A DNA stretch of 32,000 bases from NCBI GenBank assembly GCA_016840465.1, contig JAEOSH010000007.1, positions 30,001 to 62,000 of the forward strand, given 5' to 3'. Of the stretch, positions 9,375 to 17,344 are shown piece after piece. The notes below the pieces were generated by a model. It saw only the letters and a program-made list of their open reading frames with translations. It did no database searches and was not told the origin of the DNA. A program made the position numbers and the translations under genes. Source of the DNA: Candidatus Baldrarchaeum yapensis. GTDB taxonomy: Archaea > Asgardarchaeota > Baldrarchaeia > Baldrarchaeales > Baldrarchaeaceae. Position 1 is the first letter of the stretch; every line of letters starts with the position of its first letter.

Positions 9375-10285
9375 GGCCGCTGAAGCCTCATGCACGGGAA
9401 TACCTAAAAGCAGCAGCGGAGATCGCAGAGAGAGTTCTCAAAGAGGCAGAAAAAATAATAAAACCGGGAATAAAGATAATTGAAATCTGTGAAAAACTAG
9501 AACAGTTGATAAGAAGGCTAGGAGGGCGCCCCGCGTTTCCAGTGAATATTTCAATAAACGATATCGCGGCCCATTATTCCTCCCCTCCCCAGGATCCAAA
9601 AAGAATACCTCACGGATCCCTCGTTAAGGTGGATATCGGGGTACACGTTAATGGCTATATTGTCGATATCGCAAAAACTCTAAACCTCGGAAGCGGCCTG
9701 ACGGATCTAATAAAGGCAACTGAGGACGCGTTGGAGGCCGCAATCGACCACATCAAGGCAGGTGTTAGGGTTTCGGAGATAGGTGCAGTGATAGAAAGAG
9801 AAATTAAAAGATATGGTTATAATCCGATAAAAAACCTTGCTGGTCATGCAATGGAACGTTATAATCTTCATGCTGGACTTTCAATACCAAATGTTTCGTC
9901 ACCACGCCCTTTGGGCATACTAGCCCCCAAGCTGCATGAAGGAATGATAGTGGCAATAGAGCCATTCGCCACCACAGGAAAACGAGCATATGTTGTTGAC
10001 GATCGCCCCATCTCGATATTTAAACTCACTGAGAAAAAGCCCAAAACAAGGGACGAGTCACGAATTTACTCTTTAATATGCAGGAGATGCCAGATGTTGC
10101 CTTTCTCATTAAGATGGTTTGACGAGATAACCGGATCCGGAAAAGCGGTGAAAACATTTACGAAAATGATATCAGAAGGGATAATTTATGCATATCCCCC
10201 ACTTAGGGAAGTCGATAAGAATCCTGTGGCTCAGGCAGAAACCACCGTGATCGTACATAAAAATGGAGCCGAAAGACTTGTATAG
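9368..10285 (+). CDS. map: Methionine aminopeptidase type II
   Basis: AAHYS, KVDIGVHVNGYIVDIA, NLAGH, AIEPFAT and AQAETTV. The last conserved His in the usual EHT appears as ETT. Confidence 0.92.
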   Translation: MVRPLKPHAREYLKAAAEIAERVLKEAEKIIKPGIKIIEICEKLEQLIRRLGGRPAFPVNISINDIAAHYSSPPQDPKRIPHGSLVKVDIGVHVNGYIVDIAKTLNLGSGLTDLIKATEDALEAAIDHIKAGVRVSEIGAVIEREIKRYGYNPIKNLAGHAMERYNLHAGLSIPNVSSPRPLGILAPKLHEGMIVAIEPFATTGKRAYVVDDRPISIFKLTEKKPKTRDESRIYSLICRRCQMLPFSLRWFDEITGSGKAVKTFTKMISEGIIYAYPPLREVDKNPVAQAETTVIVHKNGAERLV

Positions 10286-10681
10286 TTATCGTCTTCTCCT
10301 TCTCCTTCTTCTCCTTCTAGTAATACTTTTCGTAACCTTCTTTTCTTCGGTTATAGGCTCTCCTCTTTCTATTTTCTCCACAATCTCCCTTATGTGGCTC
10401 ATGCTCTTCTCCAAACCATCGTTTCCCTTTATGAAAACACATGTTACTTCCATTTCTTTGATGAAAGCCGCTATTGAGAACTCATCAAACGCAATGAACC
10501 GGGGCTTCGGCTTATCAAGGCTTCCACCCATGAACCACAAATAAATGTTCACGAAGAGGTCCTCTATGTTCACATTGAAGTTTTCATCGAGTTTTTTGAC
10601 TTCTTTGAGCACAGGACCCTGCTCTATATCGAAGTCTATCTTTACGATCGCCGCTATGTCTTTGACACCAAACTCAAACAC
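10286..10681 (-). CDS. Small hypothetical protein, probable longin/uDENN-like fold, with C-terminal poly-Arg tail
   Basis: 131 aa. The GTG start immediately follows the GTPase stop, with a GAGGTGA SD. It has an N-terminal hydrophobic strand plus FDIEQGP motif, an apparent beta-beta-alpha-beta-beta-beta-alpha pattern and 10 terminal Arg. The CDS is well supported; the fold call is inference. Confidence 0.7.
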   Translation of the reverse strand: MFEFGVKDIAAIVKIDFDIEQGPVLKEVKKLDENFNVNIEDLFVNIYLWFMGGSLDKPKPRFIAFDEFSIAAFIKEMEVTCVFIKGNDGLEKSMSHIREIVEKIERGEPITEEKKVTKSITRRRRRRRRRR

Positions 10682-11164
10682 TCACTTCACCTCCAGTGCC
10701 AATTTTTTGAACTCCTTCATGAGGATGTGATACATTTTCACTCTCTCACGAGGGTCTATTGCCACAAGACCATACGTGGGAACTTCTAATAAATCTTGCA
10801 CACGGTTCGGCTTCATCGCACCTGGGAGGTCCTGCTTATTCGCAATCGCAATTACACGGTATCCGTCAATTTTCTTTAACTCCTCTAGTATTTTCTTCGA
10901 CTGCAGAACATTCACGGGAGTGCTATCGGTCACCAGGATAACAAGGGTGCTCCCCTTGAGTATCTGGGGCCATAGAGTCCGAAACCTCTCATGCCCCGCT
11001 AGGTCGAAAAGCGAAACCTCATGCTCTCCGAATGATATTTTCCCGAGGTCAAAGCCTATAGTTGGTCTATATTCGAGCGGAGGTGGAGCACCGGTCAACA
11101 ATTTTATTATTGTCGTTTTACCAACCCCCGGTAGTCCCACGAAGCTCACTTTCACTGTGCCCAT
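10682..11164 (-). CDS. Small Ras-superfamily GTPase, Arf-like
   Basis: G1 GLPGVGKTT, Arf-type switch I PTIGFD, G3 DLAGHERFRTLW, G4 NKQD. 160 aa with no N-terminal amphipathic helix and no C-terminal Cys motif. Confidence 0.92.
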   Translation of the reverse strand: MGTVKVSFVGLPGVGKTTIIKLLTGAPPPLEYRPTIGFDLGKISFGEHEVSLFDLAGHERFRTLWPQILKGSTLVILVTDSTPVNVLQSKKILEELKKIDGYRVIAIANKQDLPGAMKPNRVQDLLEVPTYGLVAIDPRERVKMYHILMKEFKKLALEVK

Positions 11165-11226
11165 GTAGACCCCCTCTGTAAGACCGAACCCATCAATTTA
11201 AGAGTAGGTAATAGTAAGAAAGCAGG

Positions 11227-11568
11227 GTGAGAATGTTGGAAGAGTACGCCGAGAACCAGTTAACACGACGCGAGAAGATAATGAAGATACTAGAGGAATC
11301 GGACCACTTCATGACGGTAGATGAACTTGCGTATATACTAGAAATCAAAGGAAAGGAGCGAAGGAGGCTATACGAGGACATAACGCACGTTGCCAAGAGC
11401 GTAAGGGCACTCTCGCAGGGAAGAAAGATTCTTGTAATGCAACCCCCTCAATGCAGAAAGTGCGGGTTCGTTTTCACAAACTTAAAAAAGCCGTCGAAAC
11501 CTAGAAGATGTCCCAAATGTTATTCAACGTGGATAGAACCCCCAAAGTTCAAGATAGTTAAAAGATGA
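11227..11568 (+). CDS. Archaeal HTH plus Zn-ribbon predicted transcriptional regulator (COG3357-like)
   Basis: TRREKIMKIL...LYEDITHVAKS HTH, CRKCGFVF and RCPKCYSTWIEPPKF zinc ribbon. Confidence 0.85.
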   Translation: MRMLEEYAENQLTRREKIMKILEESDHFMTVDELAYILEIKGKERRRLYEDITHVAKSVRALSQGRKILVMQPPQCRKCGFVFTNLKKPSKPRRCPKCYSTWIEPPKFKIVKR

Positions 11569-11578
11569 AGTTGTATAA

Positions 11579-11914
11579 CTAGAATTTCCTCCTAAGTACA
11601 CAGAGGTACATATCTTCCTCCGTTGCTATAACTATTTGCTTCTCCTCGCCCCTCTCATTTACAAAATCGACTATCACAAAGAGCAACTTGCCCAGATTTA
11701 ACTCGTTGGCGGCCCTTCGTGCCTCCGTACTAACACTCTTCACATGAGCGGCGAGCGCCTCGGCGTGCGAAGTCTTAAGGGTGGACTGTAAGGGGAACCC
11801 CTCGTCATCAACTACAAGTACACCTTCGACTCCTCTTTCACGTGATAAGTTCTCAAGAGTCTTCTGCAAGGCTATCGGCAATAATAGATAACTTGAGTCT
11901 CTCTCGTCGCTCAT
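11579..11914 (-). CDS. Roadblock/LC7 (MglB/LAMTOR-like) domain protein
   Basis: Helix followed by GVEGVLVVDDEGFPLQS, a long helix (AEALAAHVKSV...ANELNLG) and three terminal strands. Start placed at ATG 11914 (MSDERD). Confidence 0.85.
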   Translation of the reverse strand: MSDERDSSYLLLPIALQKTLENLSRERGVEGVLVVDDEGFPLQSTLKTSHAEALAAHVKSVSTEARRAANELNLGKLLFVIVDFVNERGEEKQIVIATEEDMYLCVLRRKF

Positions 11915-12042
11915 AGGAACCCCTTGCACCACACTGAGTGTTCTTTTTACAATTAGTAACAATACCTTAATATAATGTGCGCTCCATCTACAATCAACGG
12001 AAGGTGTATTACCGATAAAGTAGTGGGACGGGGTGAGCAGTT

Positions 12043-12690
12043 TTGGTTAAAGTAAAATGGCTGGGACACGCATGCTTTGAGATAAAAGGCGAAACTGTAA
12101 CTATAGTTACGGATCCACACGACGGCACATCACTCAACATACCTCGTCCGAAAGCGGAAGCCGACATAGTCCTCGTAAGCCATACGCACTTCGACCACAT
12201 GGACGGCATAAAATTCGTTAAAAGGCCCGATGCCGAGGAGATAGTTGCAAAGACGGGAGAGATGGAGATCAAGGGCGTAAAAATAAAGGGAATAAAGAGT
12301 TATCACGACAAATCGATGGGAAGACAACGGGGAGAAAACGTAATATATGTATTTGAAGTTGATGGAGTGCGATTTTGCCACCTTGGTGATCTAGGGCATA
12401 TTCTGACGGATGAACAAGTGCGTGAGATCGGGGAAGTTGACGTTCTCCTCATTCCGGTGGGTGGCACGTTCACCATCGACGCCCGTGAGGCGTCCGAAAT
12501 CATTGAAATGCTCAAACCGAAGATCGTAATTCCTATGCACTACAAAATAAAGGGACTGAATTTGCCCATATCTGGTGTAGAAGAATTCATTGCGGATAAA
12601 AAGAATGTAGAGAAGATTTCAGGGTCTGAGGTTGAGATAACAAAGGAGAACCTGCCGGGCGAGACGAAGATCATAGTATTGTCAATATGA
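12043..12690 (+). CDS. Metallo-beta-lactamase-fold hydrolase (Lactamase_B_3/UlaG-like)
   Basis: WLGHACF, TDPH, SHTHFDH, HD, HLGD and PMHY. GGTGA SD before the TTG start. Confidence 0.88.
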   Translation: MVKVKWLGHACFEIKGETVTIVTDPHDGTSLNIPRPKAEADIVLVSHTHFDHMDGIKFVKRPDAEEIVAKTGEMEIKGVKIKGIKSYHDKSMGRQRGENVIYVFEVDGVRFCHLGDLGHILTDEQVREIGEVDVLLIPVGGTFTIDAREASEIIEMLKPKIVIPMHYKIKGLNLPISGVEEFIADKKNVEKISGSEVEITKENLPGETKIIVLSI

Positions 12691-12696
12691 CAACAC

Positions 12697-12897
12697 TCAC
12701 TTTGACAAAATCCTTTTTCTTAGAGATGAAATGTACTGCTGAAGTTTCTCGGTGGCATTTATCGCAAGAGCAATTTTTCTCTTCATGATGTCATCGTCCA
12801 AATTCTCCTGTATTCTCTGGAGTTCCGCAAGTAAACTAGATAAAAGATTACTGGCTTCTATGAAACACCTTTCTAGAAGTTCGTACTTCGTGCTCAT
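12697..12897 (-). CDS. Small helical hypothetical protein
   Basis: About 66 aa, amphipathic helical hairpin pattern. SD-like GAGG/GGTG upstream; sits at the end of a same-strand gene run. Confidence 0.55.
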   Translation of the reverse strand: MSTKYELLERCFIEASNLLSSLLAELQRIQENLDDDIMKRKIALAINATEKLQQYISSLRKRILSK

Positions 12898-12910
12898 ACA
12901 CACCATCCTC

Positions 12911-13696
12911 TTAAACTTTGGAACACATTTCCTTTAACATTTTGATTGCTCTTTTTACCTTTATCTTGGCCTCCTCCAAGTTACTTCCCCTTGCGGAAAC
13001 CCAGACTTTAATTCTAATCGTATCCCTGAACGCCCCCGGCATCGACTTTATATATACTCCCTCGATTTTCCTCATAACCTCGTCTATTAGTGGTGAAAGC
13101 TTGGATTCGTCGATTATGGGCATTTCAGCAATTTCCTCATACATGACGCCCTTGATTCTGGACTTTATTATTTCTGAAACCTGATTATCGAATATCCATT
13201 TGAGTTCTCGGGGAACTCCAGGAAGACATATTATCATCGCGTTCGGAAGTTCTAATAACACTCCAGGCGCCCCTCCAACCCTGTTATCGAGGGCTTTTGC
13301 TCCCTCAGGCAACATTGCCATCTTCTTCCTAGGTGGTGTTATCTCAGGTGTATCCACTATACCAAGTTGATAAAAAAGTTGATACTGCCTTTTAACAATT
13401 TCTAGTGCCTCCTCGTTAAGCACTAACTTTAAATTGAACGCGTGAGCCACACCCTCTAGGGTTTTATCGTCATGTGTAGGGCCAAGTCCTCCACTTGTTA
13501 TCACAATTTCGCAACCATCATCAATTAATCGTTTTAACGCCTTTGCAATATCATTCACGTTATCTCTCACTACCATTATTTCCTTTACCAAAAAACCCAT
13601 TTCCTTCAACTTCTTCGCAAGCCAATTGCTGTTCGTGTCCTGGATTACTCCGTCAAGTATCTCATTTCCGATCACAAGTATCCCCACAGTTATCAT
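12911..13696 (-). CDS. CinA N-terminal / molybdopterin-binding-fold protein
   Basis: IGNEILDGVIQDTN, VRDN, SGGLGPTHDDKT and LPGVPREL. No C-terminal PncC domain. SD precedes ATG 13696. Confidence 0.85.
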   Translation of the reverse strand: MITVGILVIGNEILDGVIQDTNSNWLAKKLKEMGFLVKEIMVVRDNVNDIAKALKRLIDDGCEIVITSGGLGPTHDDKTLEGVAHAFNLKLVLNEEALEIVKRQYQLFYQLGIVDTPEITPPRKKMAMLPEGAKALDNRVGGAPGVLLELPNAMIICLPGVPRELKWIFDNQVSEIIKSRIKGVMYEEIAEMPIIDESKLSPLIDEVMRKIEGVYIKSMPGAFRDTIRIKVWVSARGSNLEEAKIKVKRAIKMLKEMCSKV

Positions 13697-13706
13697 TCCC
13701 ACCCCC

Positions 13707-14285
13707 TCAACGACTTCGTGCTCGCCATTCAAATGCAATTACCACAAACATTATGAAAATGAAGAATGCAACCAGCATCGGAGTGAACGTCTTGACAATA
13801 TATCGTACTGCAAGCATTTTCATATCCTCAATATTTACTATCGTTCTTCGTGCGAATACCAGCAGTATCACATATGCGCCATACGCTGCAAACACGGGCC
13901 ATGCCAAGTACCCGCCTCCTAGAAGCATAAGTAAAATTGCGACGCCCAACTTGCTAAACGTTGGGTCGAGTACCTGATGGGGCAATTCTTCATCGGGGTC
14001 GTATTGAAAATAGTATGTTAGTAGGAACGGTGGGATTTCAAGCCTAATAAGGGAAATTGCTTGAAGAGCCGCCTGTATTGGCAGTAAAACGGCGCAAATA
14101 ACAAGCGCATAAAGAAACAACATGTCAGAGAGCGAAGATGGAGGGAAAATATGGGGAAATGCCTCAGTAATTCCTATAAATGCCAATCCTATGAAAACAA
14201 CAGATATTATATGGATGACAGCGGCCTTAAATGCGTGTTTAAGGTTCCTTATCTTTACTTCCTTTTCCTCTTCGACCCCCAGCAT
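13707..14285 (-). CDS. Integral membrane protein of unknown function
   Basis: 192 aa with about 4-5 hydrophobic segments; sits tightly within the serS gene run. Confidence 0.7.
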   Translation of the reverse strand: MLGVEEEKEVKIRNLKHAFKAAVIHIISVVFIGLAFIGITEAFPHIFPPSSLSDMLFLYALVICAVLLPIQAALQAISLIRLEIPPFLLTYYFQYDPDEELPHQVLDPTFSKLGVAILLMLLGGGYLAWPVFAAYGAYVILLVFARRTIVNIEDMKMLAVRYIVKTFTPMLVAFFIFIMFVVIAFEWRARSR

Positions 14286-15852
14286 TTCCCCTGCCCCCAG
14301 GCGGCCATGTTATCAATTTGGGAACTTCGGGCAATTCATCCCCAATGTACTTCTTTATTTCATCGGGCCATTCGTTGAATTCAAAACCCCATCTCGTCAG
14401 GAAGACATATGCCCATCTGGACGGACCAATACCAGCGCACCCTGTCCATATGGGTCTATTTGCACGGTCTCTAAACCTGAACCTCTTAGCGTAAAAGTCC
14501 GTATGCACATGGAACGATGAAATTTCCAGCTCCGCCTCTGGTCGGCTCTTCGTTTGGAAAGGCAATATTACCGTGAGATCATATGTTTTCACGAATTCAG
14601 TACTTTCTTCTTTTTCAACTTTACCAGCATGTTCCAAATACACGGCAGTTGTTGCATCAACCCTCCACTCTAGGTCAAAGATTTTGTCAATGATTTCAAC
14701 GGCCCGTTCAAGAACTTGATCACGTATTTCAATGCATTTTTCGGGAGTTGTTAGCCATGTAAACTCTATCCTGTGGAACTCATTAAGCCTCTCTAAACCT
14801 TTCAGCCCACCTCCTTCCCAGCGCCATGTTGGCCCATTTCTGTCAAAGAACTTTATGGGGTTCTTTTCAAGTTCGCTTGCGTCCACAATCTCGTTACGGA
14901 AGAGCTCGTAGAACGGCTCACATTGGGCATACGAGAGCGCGTATAATGGCGGTCTCAGTTTTTCCTTGAGCAGATCAACTGGTATTTCATCGGTTATTTC
15001 AACGAGGTCTATGAAATCCTCAAAGTCCTCGACATTCCTAGAAATCGGTGGACAGACGAATAGCATCTCGTGCGGAATTGCAAGTTGCCCCTTTCTCTTC
15101 TCAACATCAAGGGGTATCAACCTAGGAAATATTACCTCGATGAATCCGAGTGGTTTTGCTATCCTGTCTATCACAAGTTGCTCTATAGCTCTTATTAATG
15201 CAGTGAAGGGAGGCAACAATTGCCAGACACCGGCACCCGGATATTCTTTAACCCATCCGAGCCTCACAGCCTCTTCTGTCGGATCGCTCCTTAACTTGTA
15301 CTTATGGAGTCTGGGCTCGCTTCTCCTGACTGTTCTTACGAACTCCGCCTTGCCTCTTATTCTCTGTGCAATGATCTTTTCTTCAAGTCTTCTGAGCAGT
15401 CTATCAATGTAATTATCGCGTAGCGCTTTCTCATCGATATCTTCAAGTTCAAGGTACACCTTTTTTCCGTCAAATCTAAGCTCCTTAACGAAAGGCAACC
15501 TTACGGGCTCTAAAGGCTCCTCCGAAACCTCGGTCTCTATTTTAAATTCCTGCACCTCTATGTCCTTTACCCCAATCTTGTACTTTCTACCTAGATTTGC
15601 AGCGAGAACGTTCTTTAATCGAAGAATCGCAACATGGGACCTGACATATCGCCCACTCATTATGTGGACCCATATTCCATCGTCTAATATTTTCCAGTCA
15701 ACAATTCTTGGGGCCTCCTCTCTTTTGTCTGCAGGACAACCCTTAAGAAATTCCTTTTCCTCAACTTTTGCAATAAGATCGGCGATGAAGTCCTTAGCAT
15801 CCTCGGGTATCTGCCTAGTGAGTTTAAGAACAGCCTTAAGATCAAATTTCAC
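14239..15852 (-). CDS. serS: Seryl-tRNA synthetase, atypical methanogen-type (SerRS2)
   Basis: N-terminus SGRYVRSH...LGRKYKIG, then VCPP, YAQCEPF, FFDRNG, ERLNEFHRIE and WTGCAGIG. These match the zinc-dependent methanogen-type SerRS, including the Cys/Glu/Cys Zn ligands. Confidence 0.85.
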   Translation of the reverse strand: MKFDLKAVLKLTRQIPEDAKDFIADLIAKVEEKEFLKGCPADKREEAPRIVDWKILDDGIWVHIMSGRYVRSHVAILRLKNVLAANLGRKYKIGVKDIEVQEFKIETEVSEEPLEPVRLPFVKELRFDGKKVYLELEDIDEKALRDNYIDRLLRRLEEKIIAQRIRGKAEFVRTVRRSEPRLHKYKLRSDPTEEAVRLGWVKEYPGAGVWQLLPPFTALIRAIEQLVIDRIAKPLGFIEVIFPRLIPLDVEKRKGQLAIPHEMLFVCPPISRNVEDFEDFIDLVEITDEIPVDLLKEKLRPPLYALSYAQCEPFYELFRNEIVDASELEKNPIKFFDRNGPTWRWEGGGLKGLERLNEFHRIEFTWLTTPEKCIEIRDQVLERAVEIIDKIFDLEWRVDATTAVYLEHAGKVEKEESTEFVKTYDLTVILPFQTKSRPEAELEISSFHVHTDFYAKRFRFRDRANRPIWTGCAGIGPSRWAYVFLTRWGFEFNEWPDEIKKYIGDELPEVPKLITWPPGGRGNAGGRRGKGSKDKEP

Positions 15853-15886
15853 AAGCGCACACCTCTCACAAGTCTTATCTCCGATA

Positions 15887-16741
15887 TCATTTGAAGATTT
15901 TTATCGATGCGTACCCGACAACTCTGCCAAGATCTCCGGTGATGTCGCCGGACGTCGCATATTTTAAAAGCTTTGCGCCCTTGGCTCCCATATTTTTCAC
16001 AGCAACCAGCATCGCCGCCACCGGCCCATATCCGCACATCGAAATCCTGAACTTATCGACCTTCGAAAACAATTCCCTTTCGTCTAATGCTAAGATCGCG
16101 GAAATCGCCTGAGCATCCTTGTCCATGGCAACATTATGTGGCTCATAATGCGTGAAGTCCGTGCTAGCAATGATCACGCAGTTAAGCCCTTTAACGGCAG
16201 ATGAGATTGCCTTTCCCAGGTCTCTTGCAGCTGAAAGAGTCTGTAAAAGCATGGTAATGGGAACGAACTCAAAACTCCCGTAAATGTACTGCAAAAACGG
16301 AATTTGCACCTCGACACTATGCTCGTACGTGTGTCCCAAATCGTCCTCCGACGCGTACTCGCTGTTCTTTATAATTTCCTTAGCAATATCTTCATCTATC
16401 CTGACCCGTCCAAGTGGGGTTTCCCACTCACCCGTGGACATCACAGAAATCGAGGAACCCACACCACTGTGATTAGGACCTATTATTATGAAAAGATCCG
16501 GCCGACCATCAGTTGCAAGATCTAAGAACCCGTGGGCAGCAACTGGACCGCTATACATGTAGCCAGCATGTGGAGAAACGAGCCCCAAGATTCTTCTCTC
16601 CCCGGCCACATTCACTCTCGGAAGTGTTTGAGGACCAAGCCTGTGAAGGAAACACCCTTCTATTTGCTTCTTTAAGTTCTCAGGATCTCCCGCGTAGAAC
16701 GTTCCCGCAACGTACGGTCTTCTAACGGTGTCTTTCTTCAT
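15887..16741 (-). CDS. MEMO1-family protein (AmmeMemoRadiSam protein B)
   Basis: VRRPYVAGTFY, PHAGYMYSG, GPNH, EHSVEVQIPF, STDFTHY and SMCGYGP. Confidence 0.93.
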   Translation of the reverse strand: MKKDTVRRPYVAGTFYAGDPENLKKQIEGCFLHRLGPQTLPRVNVAGERRILGLVSPHAGYMYSGPVAAHGFLDLATDGRPDLFIIIGPNHSGVGSSISVMSTGEWETPLGRVRIDEDIAKEIIKNSEYASEDDLGHTYEHSVEVQIPFLQYIYGSFEFVPITMLLQTLSAARDLGKAISSAVKGLNCVIIASTDFTHYEPHNVAMDKDAQAISAILALDERELFSKVDKFRISMCGYGPVAAMLVAVKNMGAKGAKLLKYATSGDITGDLGRVVGYASIKIFK

Positions 16742-17229
16742 TTCGATTCCTCCAATCCCTCATACTGATAGGTCCCACTGTATCCCCTTTCTACTTTTTC
16801 GGCTTTTATAAAAATTATTTGCGCAATGCGCGCATTCTCGGTTAAGACGATCCCGTATGGATTGAAAACCGCAAGTAGCCCTACCGCCCTTCCCTGATAG
16901 CCCGCATCGTAGAGAGCTGTGAAGATAGTTGCCCCCATCCTTAATAGTGAAGAGCGCGGGAGAACTATTGCAACGTGATCGAGAGGGACCTTTACGATCT
17001 CACGATACCTTATCAGGTACGATCCGGGATTCAGCTTGTACCTTCCATTTTCCGGGAGCAATCTCTCGGTGCGTGGCAGTTTTCTAAGTGAGTTGTCAAA
17101 ATCCAGAACTCCGGCCTCGATGAAGCCGTACAACTCGCCGATTGTGAGATCCACCCCGTTGGGTTGCACCTGCACGTTCTTGGAAATGAAATTTTCAATA
17201 AAACCGAGCGCGCGGCTTCCGAGTATCAC
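16738..17229 (-). CDS. dut: Trimeric dUTPase / dCTP deaminase family protein
   Basis: VQPNGVDL, PRSSLLRMG, LYDAGYQG, RIAQIIF and GYSGTYQ. ATGA overlap with the MEMO1 gene. Confidence 0.85.
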   Translation of the reverse strand: MILGSRALGFIENFISKNVQVQPNGVDLTIGELYGFIEAGVLDFDNSLRKLPRTERLLPENGRYKLNPGSYLIRYREIVKVPLDHVAIVLPRSSLLRMGATIFTALYDAGYQGRAVGLLAVFNPYGIVLTENARIAQIIFIKAEKVERGYSGTYQYEGLEESK

Positions 17230-17344
17230 GCACACGCCCCTTCACCAACACATATTTTGGGAGTTGTTGCCAAAAATATTTGCAATACACTGTTACGACT
17301 CTCAAATCAATACCCCGCGTCAGCCATACTTGAGATGGTGAAGG

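Noticed and set aside
10263-10544. Leu-rich plus-strand ORF resembling a signal peptide
   Set aside because: Antisense shadow of the poly-Arg codons of 10286-10681.
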